Source of the DNA: a virus | Taxonomy: Duplodnaviria; Heunggongvirae; Uroviricota; Caudoviricetes | DNA length: 62,960 nt | IMG/VR virus record: IMGVR_UViG_3300021255_000060 | Span: 1-62,960 of that record | Strand: one strand, 5' to 3' | Shown here: positions 23,101 through 38,800 of the stretch, in pieces | Position numbering within the stretch: position 1 is the stretch's first letter | How the letters are laid out: each line of letters starts with the position of its first letter | Notes under the pieces: generated by a model | The model's database searches: none | What the model saw: the letters and a program-made list of their open reading frames with translations, nothing else | Told to the model about the DNA's origin: nothing | Program-made: the position numbers and the translations under genes

Positions 23101-26100
23101 ATGATGCTTCTTGAAGGTGCTCTAAATCAAGTTTTCCCTGATATCGCAGGTTATGATACAACTAAAGATAAACTTAATTTTATAAAAGCTCTTAATCAGT
23201 CTCTTACAGACGATAATGCCATTATGGATACAAAACTTATTCGTAATGGTATTATGAAAAGCATTATCGATAAAGATACCAAGAGAATAGCAGATGAAAA
23301 TAAAGTCAACACACCAGATAGTGTCAATGCAAGATTAAACAATAGACTTGGACAATTATCTAATAATCTTGTGAGTTCCACATCTGAATTAGATGCTTTT
23401 CTCGATAGTCTTTCAGATGAAGAGCTAGCGTCTGAAACTGTTTTTAGCGACTATATTAATTCTGAAGACCGAGACCAATTCTTGGCAGAAAGTGGCGAAC
23501 AACTTGGACAAGCAATTGAAAATATTCTTCAAGATAAAAACAGACTATTATCTGTTGGTTCAGAAAGAACCATTTTAATGAGCAAACTTAATGATATTCT
23601 TGATGCAATTGCTCGCAATAGCGATAATGTGCAGAGTCTTTATGAGAACGCCATAAAATATCTTTCTGAAAATTCAGGATTAACAGAATCTGAAGCAAAA
23701 TCTTTTATTGATGAAGTTCTATTTCCAGATGGAACAAACCTTGTAGATTTTACTGTTCAACAACAAAAAATAGAACGTGCTAATCGTGCCAATGCTATTG
23801 AAGAACTTCTTGAAAAATTTGATATTTACATTGGAGGTAAGATTTATAACACTATAAAGTTATTAAGAGACCAGGAAGCTTATATGGAAAGGCTTGCTCG
23901 TCCAGAAGAATATTCTATTACAAGTAAAACTATTGAAAAAGAACTCGAAACAGCACTATCTTTCTTGAGGGCGATTACTGCGGTTATCAATAGTACAGTT
24001 GATGGAACAAATGAACAAATAAATCTTAGTAGAGATGGCGAACAATTGGCTATAACAGATGAATCTTTAGTTTCTCTTTATAATGATCAATTACTTGATG
24101 TTGTAAATAGAATTAATCGTCTTTTAGAAGTTTCTAGACAAAATCGTCTTAAAACAACTAAAGTTCAACAAGATACAATGTTGAACATGAACAAACTTCG
24201 CGTTCAGTCTTTAAAAAATATTGGTAAAATTAATTTTGATGGGATTGAATTGGATTTTGAAAAGATTTGAGCAGATACAGGATTTAATCTTTCTGATTTT
24301 AAACTTGATAAATCTAAAGATGCGGATAAAGCATATCGTCAATTCCAATCCGAAGTTTCTAAACAATTAAAGCCAATTCTTGCTAAATATCTGAGTACTG
24401 GAGAAGTCCCTAAGTTTATAGAAGCTTTAGTCAGTAAATTTGGTACAGATGTTTATAGGCAAGATCCAGGTGTATTTAGCGATGATCCTAATATTGGAAT
24501 AACACCTTATTCTAATGTTACTTATTTATTAACACTTGCTAGTATTGATGCTGCGGAATTTGATTCTCTTTGGAAATCGATTACTGGTGAAAATCCAGAT
24601 TTAATTCCAATATCTAGTCAAGAATATCTCGTAAGAGAAGCATTTGCTCACATAGTTGACTTCAAGAATGGAAACAATGTATTTGATACATTACATGTAT
24701 ACATTCAATCTAATTTCCCAGATTCTATTTCTCAGCATAATAAGGACTATGTTAAAGGTCGTGGCGTTGCTAAACGATTCTTAAATATTGACGGTATTGG
24801 AGGAACTGGTAAAACTACAGGTGTTGATTATCTATTAGATAGATGTTTAAAGAAATATTACGATGGTGTGTCTTCTACAGCATCTAGTATTACTCTTTCT
24901 GCAGCAGAAAATCTTCATTCTGCTTTACGATTAGGTAATGATAATATTAAGCCAACCACTATACAAGATATTATTGATACAATATCTAAGGATGCGGATG
25001 GTAAAGTTATATTTGATTTTAATACGGCCTATGAATCAAATGGAACATCTTATCAGCTTAAGCGAAACAAAGAGGGTGAAATTATAGATGGTAAGGATAA
25101 TAAACTCAGTAATGTAAAAAACGTAGACTTTTTATTTAATGATAAAAACGGTCTTAGAATATTATACATTGATGAATCTGGTTTAGTAAATCGTCCTCAA
25201 ATGGAGCTTTTGCTTGAGCTTGCAAATAGATTTAACTTCTTTATTGTTGGTTCTGGTGATGTTCTTCAGAACAAGGCTCAAATAAAAACAAAGAAAGGTG
25301 ATTATGATCAAACTGGCATTGAGGATCTTGTTTATCATAGAACCCCCTCTTTAACCATTTCTATGCGTTCTGAAAATAATGGTAAATATAAAAACACAGA
25401 GGCCATTAAAGACGTTTTAAGAAAGGTTAGTAAGAATTTCTTTGTTGATCCATCTATTCCAATTTCTAAACTAAACGATGCTGTAAAAACCGCTATTGGT
25501 GAAACAATAGGTTCTGCTTCAGAATTAAGTCTGATTTATGCTGATTCTAATCTTGCAGGTGATCGTTTAATAAGAAGTTCAGAAGTTTTGGATTTCTCGA
25601 AAAAAATGCTTACTCTTGTAAAAGAATTAGCTGAAAACGAAACAGATCCATCTAAGAAACATCAATTGGCAATTGTTGTTGATGATGAAGCTAAAGCAAA
25701 TAATTATAGAAATCAACTTGCAAGTTTTGGAGATTCTGTAATTGTTATTGATTCAAAGAAAGTACAAGGTAGAGAATATGATTACGTTATTGTAGATAAA
25801 TCTTTCAATGAGACGAATCCTTATGACGCACTTACTGATTTTTACACAATGATGACTCGTGCTAAGATTGGAAGTGCAATTGTTGACGACAAAGGTGTTA
25901 TTAAGAGTTTAAATATAGGAACTCATCCAGACGATACTGCATCAGAACCTGTTTTAGGATCAGACCCTGAAACAAGAGCTCAATTGTTTAAAGAATATTC
26001 TGATTGGCGTAAAAGTCTTATGGAAGACATTCCTGATTTCGCAAGAAAGACCACAAGTGCTCCTTCTGCACCGACACCTAGCGGTTCGAGTGGTACGAGT

Positions 26101-29100
26101 GGATTTAGTTCAGGAGGTTCTGGAACCGGAAGCGTAACACCAACAGTGGTACTTAATGGCCCAGCAAAAATTGATGAAGAACTCGCTGAAAAACTAAAGA
26201 GCAAAAATGAACGTGATGCTTATTATACTCAGAAATTACTTGAAGGCAAATCTGGGCACCCATATTATCAAAAGCTATTAGAGGCAAGAACTTCGAAAGC
26301 AGGAAAGAATGGGTATATTGATTTTGATACATTTATATCAGAGTTAAAAGATTTTGATAATGATTTCTTTGAAACACATCCTCTTTCAATAGCAAATGGA
26401 AAAACGATCGTTGGAACTGATGCAAAGATGGCTTATAGAAGTATTATTTCTATAATTGCTAGAGCAATTCTTAATAATAAAACAGCTGGAGGTCGTTCTC
26501 AGTTTATACAATCTGCAACCGATTATTTAAAAGATAAATTAAATAAAATCGGATTATCAGCAAATACTTTCTGTACAGATCTTGCTTTAAGTTTTGAAAA
26601 TGGAGGCTTCTTTGTATGTAATAACGGACACATTTTCTATACATTTGAAACAAGTGGGCAACAAATCGCAGTTCCTATTTCTACTTATACTGACTCTATA
26701 TTAAATGATTCTTACTTTGAAAATCTTGAGTTTAACATTGAAATCGGAAGCATTCCAGTAAGTACAATTGGTGAGGTTTTTGTTCCTGTTGTAGATGCAT
26801 TATCCGAAATAGACGGAATCGTTCTCGATAAGAACGGAAACCAATACGTTGGTGTAGTTACTTATACAGACGAACTTAAAAATGCGGCTTTGAACTTCTT
26901 TAAGAATCGCGATGATAGTGATGCTAGTAGAAAAGCATCTGGTGCATTTAGGTATTTACAAGGAAACTCTGGTAAGTCGATGCTTGCTGTTTCTACAGCG
27001 TCTTCTAGATTTGAAGATGGGGATGCTGTTTTTAATATAAATTGGAAAAACGGAAAGCCCACGTCTGCTACAAATAAAGAATATGATACCAAAAATCTTG
27101 CTCAAGAAACTGCAATGATTGGCATTCAGCAAATAACTAATATTCAAGATTGGTTTAGAGCTGTAAGTATTCTTTACAGAGTGGTAAGACACAAAGAAGA
27201 TATTACTAATTCAGATAGTGCTTGATTAGATAGCTACTTTAGTGAAGAACATATACTTGATAAATTTAATGCGGTAACTGCTGAAGATCGAGTTAATATT
27301 GCAGCAAACTATAAAACACTTGCTTCGTACAAGGTATTAAATAGAGAAGCTGTTAATGGGCTTAGTTCTGCTATATTTAGGTTCTTAAATTCCGAAGGAG
27401 TTAATGAAAACTTTAGAATGCGGTTCTGGCAGAACTTCATTAAATGGTTGGGTGACAAAAAATCCAATGACGATACAAGAATTCATCGTAAGGGTTTTGG
27501 CATTAATTTTAAAGATGCAGAAGGTAATGCTTACATCTTTTCGGTTATTCCTAAACCTAACCAAACGGGATATGATATCGTATATCAGGATAGTAATAAC
27601 CCTACATGACAAACGGTAGCAAGTAATCCAAATGCAGAAATAAATACTCTTTTCTCTGGAACGCAATTTGATTTTGTTCAAGCTATTACTAAAACTCTTT
27701 CTGAGATAAGTAATAGTAACATTGCAGCAGATGAAATTAAAAATATTGTAATCCCTGTTGAATCTGATTTAGACGCATCTTTGTCAGATGGTTCTGTTAT
27801 AGTGTTTCCAATTGATCTATATACAGATAGTGAAACTGAACAAATTGTTGGATATTATTCTCCATTTGAAACAGATATATACCATTGGATGGTTCAAGGT
27901 GATACAGGCCTTGTTGAGATGGAAGCTGGTGTTCTAGACGCTTTATCGGAATTCCTACAAAACGATACAATATTTAAAAATAATATGTATCGTAATATTG
28001 CTGCTACTCCAAGAGAAGGTGGTTTGGAAGGATGGGCTCAATCTAAAATGGCATTAAGCGGGCAAGATATTTATACAGATGTTACCAAAATTATTGCCCC
28101 TTTATATGTACTTGGTACAACCTCTAAAGTTGATCCAGAAAGTGAAACCGGTAAGCAAATGAAAGCCAAAATTGGAAACTTTTTTTCTTTAAATAACGAC
28201 GATAGTGGCCCAACGCTTAATATAGATGATGTGATGCCTCCAACCTTAAATGGAATGGTAATTAAGTTTACAGATGGAAAACCTAAAGTAAACTCTGATT
28301 GGATTTCTGAATTTACAACGTCTGATGGTGATGGAGGTTCTATAGAATCAATAAATATTGGAAACAATACAATCACTCTTTCTAACGGTACTTCATATAT
28401 ACTTAATAATGATGGATTAAATGCATTACTAACAATTCCTGCTGTAAAATCAGTCGTTGATAAAAACATTATTAAAGACGTTTCTGGAAAGATAACAATT
28501 GTTGGAAATACAATTTCTATCGCATTAGACGGTAGTGGAAGACAAGAATTTTCTAACGCATATTTAATTGGAGTTAACGAAAACACTTATAGTTTTGAAA
28601 CTTCTTCTGGAATAAAGAATGTTACTTTATCTGAAGAGATGGCTAATAAACTTAATAGAAAAGATAAACAAGCGGCAATCAACCGTGGTATTTATCTTGG
28701 AGAACATCAGGATGAAGTAGGAACGAGTTTTCATGTGTACTATACTCCAACCGATTTGGTTTTAGTTGAAAGTAACGATCCATCTAATCCAACTACAACA
28801 ATTCCTATTAGTTCTGTTACACGAACTCCTACGGCTATATATGCTGGAGTGATTAATTTCATAAATCCTGAAATTATTAATAACTTTGCAAAAGTCTTTA
28901 ACCCTAAACCAGATTTTTCGCAATCCTGAAAGACAGATGTTGGAAACGGAATAATGTTAGTTGCCAGGTCCCCTGTAATTAATGGTTCTTGAATGCAAGG
29001 CTATACTGATGATACTGTTGATGAAAACAAATCGTATAGAATTCTTGCCTATGATAATGATAGATTAGGCATTTATACAGATGATGATTTATCTACCTTT

Positions 29101-29865
29101 ATTTGGGTTTCTCGTAACGATAAATTCAATAGTGATGAAATTGGTAGTGGTGATGCTACTGCTACTGATATTGTAGATCTCACAGAAAATGCTGGAATTG
29201 ATTGAAGTAATCCGGCGGAAGCTATTTTACAAGTAATATCTAAGACAAACGAAGAAGCTATTGCTGAATTTGCAGATTTAGAATCTGATGAAAGCACTCT
29301 TATACAGTGAATTTGAGAAAATGGAGACCTTGATGTAATAGAACAATCCGATATAGAAATTGAAGGTATTTCTGTTAAATCTAGAAGAGCAATTTACAAA
29401 TATCTTAAGAGTATTATTGCAGGAGAAATTTCTGATGTTAAATTCTTACGCGAAGGGTCGTTTGATAATGAAATTACAGCGGAATTTAAGGTAGATGGAA
29501 AGACGCAACAAGAAACGTTTAAAGTTGCTGGAGATAGAGTAGTGCCTTTAAAACCTGAGGTTAAAAGTGCATTTGAAGCTATTGAATCCGAATTTAATAG
29601 TGTATTTGATACAGCACAAAATAGATTCAATGCTCTTCAGGAACAATTAAGTGCCGGAATTACAATGGAAGCTCAGGTAGAAATTCAAAATGAATTAAAT
29701 GAGCTTTCTATCAAATTAAATGCAATGCAGGCTGTTAAAGATGCTATTGCTAATCCATCAATTAATAAAAATTCTATTATAGAGAAATTAAAATTATTAG
29801 ATGCTGCCACTAGAAGGCTTGTATTACAATACTATAAAGCAAATAACAATAAAAATAAATGCTAA
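20122..29865 (+). CDS. Giant virion protein with SF1-helicase-like P-loop domain (~3247 aa; ~17 TGA=Trp)
   Basis: Continuous frame from MISSKKNDW to TAA 29863-29865. Walker A GIGGTGKT (24793-24816), Walker B ILYIDES, and late helicase motifs VQGREYDYVIVD and FYTMMTRAK. Confidence 0.85.
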
Positions 29866-29868
29866 ATT

Positions 29869-32800
29869 ATGGCGTGTGATGTATTAAGACAATATTCAAA
29901 AGATGATTATTTTAACATATATGCTGAACTTGAATTAGCGGAGGGCGATCCAATTGCACTTTCAGACGTGTTCGAAAGTATACATCAGACATATGAACGC
30001 TCTGTGGCAGATGCTATACAAGAAGCTATTGAGAGTGGCACATTTAATGAAAATTGGGATATGAAACCGGGGATTTTACCGTCCCCGGTTCAAACCCCTT
30101 TTAACATGAATGGAGCAAAAAACTCGGAAACTGCTCCTGATCAATTGTCTGATTATTATTACAACAAAAAGAATGGTTATGTACGTCTTAGTAATATGAC
30201 AAAAAGATTTTTTGAAGATGTTATTTCTAAGACGGTATTTGATAAAAAGACCGGAGGCTTCTTTAGACCGACAACAAGTTCTATAAATCAAGCTTTATAT
30301 GATTATAAAGTAGAATTACTTAATAAACTTTGGAATTTTACTGGTAAATCATATATGCCAGAATTGGTTGTAAGTGATAACAATCTAACACTTGTTATTA
30401 GTAGAACTCTTTCTGATTTTGCATCAATGTCTACAATAGAAGGTGCAGATGCTATTTGGGACGATTATATTATATTAAAACAATTTGATAAACTCCTAAA
30501 GGACTATGCTCCCTTTATTAAGAAGGATGCTGCTTTTGAGAACACAAACTATCAAAGCAAAAACATGTATAGATGGGATCCTTCTGGTACGTATAGACAA
30601 AATTGGACAGATTCAGAAGATTCTGATATTTCTAAAACAACATCTCCTTTGGTTAGATTACTTGCTGACTATTTTACATGTGCTGATGCTAATGGAAATG
30701 AAATAAATCGTCCTATTGGATTTACTACATTTAATATCGCGATGGCAACACTTGCGAAGTGAATGCATGAAAATAGACAATGGTTAGATGTTCAAGACGT
30801 TAATAGAGATATTAGAAAGAATGGACTATCTGCTGATTTAGGAAAAGCAATTGATGTTTATGTTGCACACGCGAATCCTAATGATTCTTTGAAGGAAGTT
30901 CTTTATGGTATTAAGAAGCATGTGTTTAACAAAAATAGTGCGATTCCTCTTAGTATTAAACAAGCATTTGCAAATCAATTTTTTATTACTGCAAAGTATT
31001 CATATATGGCATATCGTCAGAATTATGAAGATGGCCAACTTGATATAAACGGACAATACCTCGAAGACTCTTTTGTTAATATAAAGACAATGAGTCTTAT
31101 GAAAACTTTTCAAAACAAAGTATGGTTTTATCAATGGAAGCCAGAACTATTTGCAAAACTAAAAACAAAACATGGTATTGTAACATCTGCTAAAGATGGT
31201 ATTATATCAATTAAATTTGATGGCGCAAAGGGTTGAGGAGATGGATTTACCATTACTGTCACTAAAGATGGAGATGGTATCTCAATTAAGACACCAGATA
31301 ATCAAGCAATACGAGATGATGTAATGATTTCATTAATACAAGATACTCTTGATACTCTTATTCCTTCGGATTATCAGAATATCCTTGATGCAATGTCAAT
31401 CTCTGCTCCAGTTACTGCAACTTTATTTAATACATTTATTCATCCTATTGCATTAATGCTTGCTGCAGCAGAAGAAGGTTCTGACTTTGCTTCCGTATTT
31501 AGTTATAATGAAGATTCCGAATTAATTAATACTTATCACTTTCAACAAAGATTTGTACAATCTGGCAAATTTCAAAGTATTGTTGATGGTATTAATGATC
31601 TCAATGTATTGAAGAATGGTGAAGGAAATAATCTACCTATTTATCAGTTAGCACCAGCAATTTTTGATATCTTTACAAATATTGATGAAATTGCAGATGC
31701 GGCAAATAAAGATAGGACAGGCAAATCTATTGGTGGAATTACTTTAGAAAATACTGTTTCTAAAGAACTTAGTAATTGATGGGCAACTAAAGAAATATCC
31801 AGTGTTTTTGGAGAAAATTTATTTGTAAAACATCGTGATTTACTTAAGAAGATTATTGTTCGTTCTGACATTAAAGTTGGAAATATAACAAAGTCTTCTG
31901 ATAAACTTACTGCATCTGAAGTAGCATCTGTTGCTATATTTAATGACTTTTATCAGAATCTTGTAAGAGAACCTGACGCAAATAATCCAGATGCTTTAAG
32001 TGGTACAATTCTTATCCAACCTATTACTTATTCAGATAAGAAAACGCATTTCCTTCCTGCAATTGATCTAACTAAACTTTATTTAACGGTTGATTCTGAT
32101 AGAGTCAAAGCGATTGACGTCTTTAGAAGACTTGTTAGACCTGATCTAGAAGGTAGATATAAATATGTAGAAGCCGTTCAAAATGAAATAGCAAGAACTA
32201 GAGGAGAGAAGACGAAAGCACAAATATATAACCAGTATATTAGATTTAGAAATGCAGTTCAAAATGCAGATTATGATTCAATAGAAGCTGTTGATAAATC
32301 TGGTAGAGTTTGAAATGGGAGTGACCTAATGAGCGTCTTATTAAAAGATATTGTTTCTCCGAATGTAAACAATTATTCTAATTTTGATTCTCTTACCGGA
32401 TTTAAGGCTGTATCTAAAATTCTTTCTAATTTAAATCAATTTGAAGATCCAATTAAGTTACTTCGTGCAGTCTTTAAGAGTGCAGGGACAATGCTTAATG
32501 AAGATTTTGATGTCATTCAGCTTAAGAATGGTAATTTACAAGGTAATGAATCCCTTTATTTTGCAGCAACAACGTATACTCCTAAAGGGATTGAAAATTA
32601 CTTAAAACAAGAAAAACTTAAATTTGCATTTGACCTACAGGAGTATGGTGTATCAATGGATGTTCTAACGCATCCAGAATTGAGAAAGTATATTGGCACT
32701 TTGTCAAAAGATATGCAACGTATTTGGTTTGATCCGCACTCCAAGATAATGCGTCTGTTTAGAGTATTTCAAACAGATGCTAATGATAAATTAACAGAAA

Positions 32801-35800
32801 TTTTCCCAACTCAAGCAGATTTTGAAAACGATGCTTTTAAGCATAGAACGGATTTAACCGTACAACTTAATCCAATGCTAGAGGGTTTCTTTTTAGCAAA
32901 CTCTTTATTCGGAAGTCAGTTTAACGATGTAATGTTTGGAGGAACAGAAGGTTATATTCCGAAATTCTCAGATTCTATCGATTTTGAAAACGCCAATCAG
33001 TCCATTATTGGACAGATGATGGCCTCTCGTCTCGCTAATGAGTTTAAACGTACTACATATGGTGGTGCTATTAAACGTAAATTTGCAACTGGTTTAAAGT
33101 TTGGCGTAGCTAATAAGATTAGATTTTCTATTGTTGAAGATGATGAACCAAAACTTTCCACATTAAGAGGTAATACAGAAGGACAAGTAGCACAAGATGG
33201 CTCTGGTTGGGTTCTTCCTTTCCTTGGTAGAATGATTAACAAATCTCTTGTAGATTCTCCTGTTGGTGATGTTAGAAAAACTATTGCTGGATGAGTTGAT
33301 CCAAGAACTGGTACACAAGTTCACTTTAAATGAGCAGAGACAACAATCACTGCTGATATGCGTCAAAAGGCGCAAGGCGATGGTTCTGCTGAAGTAATGT
33401 ATCGTAAAGGAACAAGTGCCTTTGATATTACAGATAAATTTAAAGCAATAAAGAATCTGCATGTTTATTACAGTATACGTGAAAACGCACCTACATATGT
33501 TATTAACGATGAACCAATTACAAGAACAAAACCGATCTATCGATATGATTTAGATACCGGTCAGTATTGGAAACTTGAAGCAATTAGAAATACAGATAAA
33601 GGACTCGAAACGGCTTGAAGTCTTGTTGATAAGAAAGGAGAACAGATTTACCAGGGTGGCAAAGCTGTAAGAAATACACCTACAAAGGAAATTCATACAT
33701 TATATGATTTAGACCAAGCTCTTGGCGGAGCATTTGTATATGAGTTAGATGAAAATGGAGATATGGTTACATCTGAAGGAGTTCATGATATTCTTACTAA
33801 TATTATTTGTACTAATGATATGAAAGAGGATTTCATTGGCTATATTGTAAATCATTCTTCTGCAAAAGCCGGTGCCATTAATGTCAATGATTATTCTACA
33901 CTTAATGACGATGACACAACACTTAATCATCATTATTTAAATGCTACTGGAATAGGTGTTCAAATGGATGCTGACCACGAAATGGATTTTGCATCTGTTA
34001 CGGAAATGTCACAGATGGTTTCCCTTCTTACACAAAGTGGTACTAACATTGAATTGGTAAATAAAATCTATTCTGACATTGGTCAAGTTGCTGCAGAAGC
34101 TATGAGAGATATTTTAGCGGCTGTAGAAAGCGATGATACAGATATTTATCGCATTATTGGTAAAGCTCTTCTTGATACATTTGATTCCGGAAGAAAAGAA
34201 GAAATTGGTCTTGCTCAAGCTTTTATCAGAAATGCACAAAATGCAATTCTTAAAGAGAAAGGTTTGGATAATATAATTCTTCCTTATTCTGCGGAAAGTG
34301 TTAGAGGTTCTTTTGTTGCTGCAGTTACTTCTTTAATTAATAAAAAAGGTATTAAACGTAAATATGCTGGATTTGGTGGTGTTCAGGTTCCTGCCGATAA
34401 AACTATGCAACATTATCGTTATTTAGTAAACGGAAAGGAATTAATTACCGATTATGTTGGTCTAAGAGATAGAATTAGACCAATATTACAGCAAAACGGA
34501 ATTACCTGGGAACAAGCTTCTACACAACAAATTATAAATGGAAAACTCAATCCATTTATTGTACCTATAAATAAAAAAACTGCTCAATTTGAAGATACAA
34601 TTGTCTATAAATTAAAAGGTTCTACTGGAGAAGGAACTGTTCTAAAGATTCAAACAGCTGAAGATTTAGATTTAGTTCATAATCTATTAGATCCTAATTT
34701 ATATGAAGTTTCAATTTGAACAATTAAGCCAAGAGAACTTGCACAAAGTGATATTCGGTTTAATTCTGAACTCGGAGAATTCTCAGAATATGATATTGAT
34801 GCTGTTCGTGCTTCGTTCTATTTAAATGACTTAATTGATGTTGCTGAAGGAAAGAAGACGTTAGAATCCATTCCGTTCTTACAAAGAAAACTTGCTGTAC
34901 TTAATGCAACAATAGTTGATTCTGATTTAGTAACTCCTGATGGTACACAGATAGCAAGTACAGCAGATTTTACAGTATTGAACGCAAATATTTTAAGGAA
35001 TCTTAAAAAGCTTTGTGTACATAAAGCACAAGAAATATTTAGAACTATTGGAAAGAAAGATATTCCTATGCAAATGTCAATGATTAATGATGATTTGAAC
35101 AAAAGAGGTGAACTTATTCTTGGAAAAGGTTTTGTTTCAAATACAGTCAAAGTAGATAAGAATTACAAGAATCAAGTAATGCAAGTTGTCATTGGTCGTA
35201 GAAACTTTGCTAAATTCGGAATTAGAAAGGGTGACAAACTTGCAGATATCAAGGAACAAGGTTCTAAATTCTTCTATAAAAGATTGTTAGAAAAAACTGG
35301 AAGCATTGATAAAGTAAAAACACAAATTCCAACTTCTAGATTTGATGGAGTGTTCCAATTAAGTAATGGCGAGAACATGCTTGTCTTAGTTGGAGATCAA
35401 AGCGATAATTTGCAGCACTTTTGTCCTTCTGATGATTTTGTTATTTCAGATAATGCTGTATCATATAAAGGACAGGTAATAGTAGATAATACAAAACTTA
35501 AAGGTCTTGCAAAAGTAACAGATTTCAATTACTTCACTTATATGAATGACACAACTGGAGAATTGATGCCTGTTATAATGATTCCGGACTACGATGTCTT
35601 TGATAGAATTGCAACATCTGAATCTGTTACGTCTTCTTTATATGTGTATAATGGAACCAACTGACTCGATGCCATAAAGCATAAATATGCCTCTAAATTC
35701 AAAGATGATAAGTTAATTGAAGACTTTACAACAGATTCTGGTGTTTTAATTACTAACAACCCGTCTGAAACAATTTATGAGGAATTAAATAAGAACGAAC

Positions 35801-38800
35801 ATAAAATTAGAAACAAAGCGTTAAGTCGTAAAGCTGATGTCTTATATAGAAATTTCTTAACACAGCTTAATTATATTCAAACGCGTATCCCTTCTCAGGC
35901 TATGCAGTCTACTGCCAATATTGAAGTAATAGACTTCGCAGATACTGATACAAACTATATTTGGGTGCCTAAAATGATATTCAAACTGCAAGGAAGCGAT
36001 TTGGATATTGATAAGGCCTATTGTATGGGTTATGATGTAGATGATTCTGGGAACATTTACGCTATGTCAGATTTAATTTATCAATCCAAATATGATGTAG
36101 ATGATATCTTATCTCTTCCTAAACCGACCTATGGCTATATGCGCTTTAATTATACTGGAGAAGGTTCAGATGTTCAATATGATGTTACAAAGGATATTGA
36201 CGAGATAATGATTAACGGTGGTTCTGATTTTGATATTCTACAATATTTAATCGGATTAATGCAAAACAATCCGGGAAGAACAGTATCTATTCAATATGCT
36301 CCTCAAAGTAATGCTTTTAGAGATAGAATTAAAAATATTGTTGATGATGTTAATACACACGAAAACTCTTTTAGATCAGAATCGGAAATAGAACACGCTC
36401 TTCGTAATCAAGTATTATCTTCTGCAAGACGAGTAATGAATAATCCTGCATCTCAGTTGGATGCTTATACTCCTATTGCTATGAAGGAACCTCGTGATGC
36501 ATCCAAACTTAATACGGCTTTAGGTTCTAAAGAAAAAGAAATGACTTTGGACAACGCAATGTCTATCTTTATCATGCAAATTCAGAATATGTCTGGTAAG
36601 GAAGTTATTGCTATGACTGCTACCGGTATTAAATCATACTTTATGGTAACAACATACTTTAACACTCTAGCAAAACAGATTGAAAATGATTTAGCACAAT
36701 ACATTAAAACAAGAGATGTTAATCTCATGAATAATATTGTATCTGCCTTAAATGAAATGACATTTAATGGTAAGCTAGATGATACAGAGGTTCCTTATCT
36801 ATATACATTTGCTAACATTAATTTCTCAGGAATTCTTGACATAATAAATAGTACACCAGAATTAAGAGAATCATTAAAGTATGTATCATATACAACTGAA
36901 ATAGAAACTACTCCAGCAAATAGTAGTTTTGAAGTATATGCTAATAATGGAACATTAGAATTAGTGAGATTAATAGAAGATTTGAATCAAAGAGCTAACG
37001 GAAATGTTTGACAGATTAATGATAAAGGCGATTACGAATACTTTGTAGTTAACGCGCCGGATTCATTAAGCGCATTGTTATCCAGTGCTACTGACAACGC
37101 TAAAGAGCTTATTCTGGACAAACTTAATGCTACATCTAAATTTGCAGATATTTATACAACACTATTATCGCAAGGTGTACCTTTCATAAAGATTGCAAAA
37201 ATGATGACCAATAATGCATTTAGAATTATTGCAAAATACGCTCAAAGTAATATTTTTGATCCAAATACTTCTGGTTTTAGAGTGCAAAATGCTCTTGACT
37301 TTGTTCTAAATAAAAAATCTCTTCCGAATATTAGTCAAGGTTTATTTGAAAAGTTCCTTACTGATAATTTTGGAATAACTACAGAACATAAACAAAAAGG
37401 TTTCTTAAAAGCCATTTTTGAAGAGGGCTTGAAATTTAAAGATTCTTCTAATAAAATAAGTAGTCTTCCAGAATTGATTTATGATGAATTCTTAACAAGA
37501 AGTGGACAAACAGAAACAGAATTATTGGAAGCACTAAAGGATAGAAATCTATTACTTAATTCTAATAAAAACTCTGCTTTAATAATTAACACGATTATTG
37601 AAAAGGGCAGTAATAACTGAAAGAACGAAATTGCAAGAATTATACTCGATATGTTTAGTGATATTGATCATCAAACATTAAATAATGTGACACTTGCAGA
37701 TTATTTAAAATCGACATTACTGAAAAACTTACAACAAGGTATTCAGAATTATGCTAATAATACAAGTTCTATAGTAAACGATGATAATCAACAATGGGAA
37801 CCTGAAGCAGAATATGATCCTATTGAAGCTATGATGGACATGAACGAAGAAGATTGAACAGAAGTTGTTCAATCTAACGCTCAGAGACAAGCTTACTGAT
37901 TTAACGGCCCTATTCGAGCTAATGAGTTAACAAGACTATATCGTTATACAGTTCAATACTTTATTCCAAAAACAGAATTATGGAATGCACTAGATAAAGA
38001 AAGTCAACGTAAAGCAAAACTGGATTTTGAAAAACTTGGTTCTCAGATTATTTATGCCGCACAAGAAATGAAGATTCTTGGTTCTATTGGTAGTATTAAT
38101 CAAGGTTTAAAATCAAAAGATTTCGATGAATATAAGTTTGCTGCAAACATTGCTAAGTTTATAAATCAAGCATACATCAGTCGCGGTAATGGAGAAATTA
38201 CTGAAGAATTTGACTTATTTAGATTTTTAAGTGATAAGGCTTATCATGATAGACATGTAAAATATTATGATAAAGTTAAATCTAGCATTAATATTCTTAG
38301 AGCATTAGACGCTACTGCAAATTTCAAAGAAATGTTTAACTATATTTTAGTAAATCGTAAAGTAATCGAACATTCTGCATCTATTAAACTCGAAAGAAGT
38401 ATTGCTAAATCTTTTGTTAATTCTGTTTCTAAGATTGATGAAAATAGTGGCATTAATCGGGGTTCTACACTTGTTTTAAATGATCAAGAATTTAGAATTT
38501 TAAGTCAATACGTCAGAGACTCTGTTGTTTATAATTTCTTTAGACATCTTGATCATATGCGATTTGAGGTTCCCGCTGGTGAACAGTATTATGATCCAAC
38601 TAAAACAACTACGGGCGAATCTGAGCTATTAGTTGCACGTTCAACACGTTCTTTTGATATGAGCAATATTCATAATCTTGCAACATTTAAACATCTAATG
38701 GACTGGTACATCATTCCAAAACTTCAAATGGATACAAGATTTAAAGATAATGCTTTTATTAAAAATCTTACTAGAGATAGATTTACAGATGCGAAAACAA

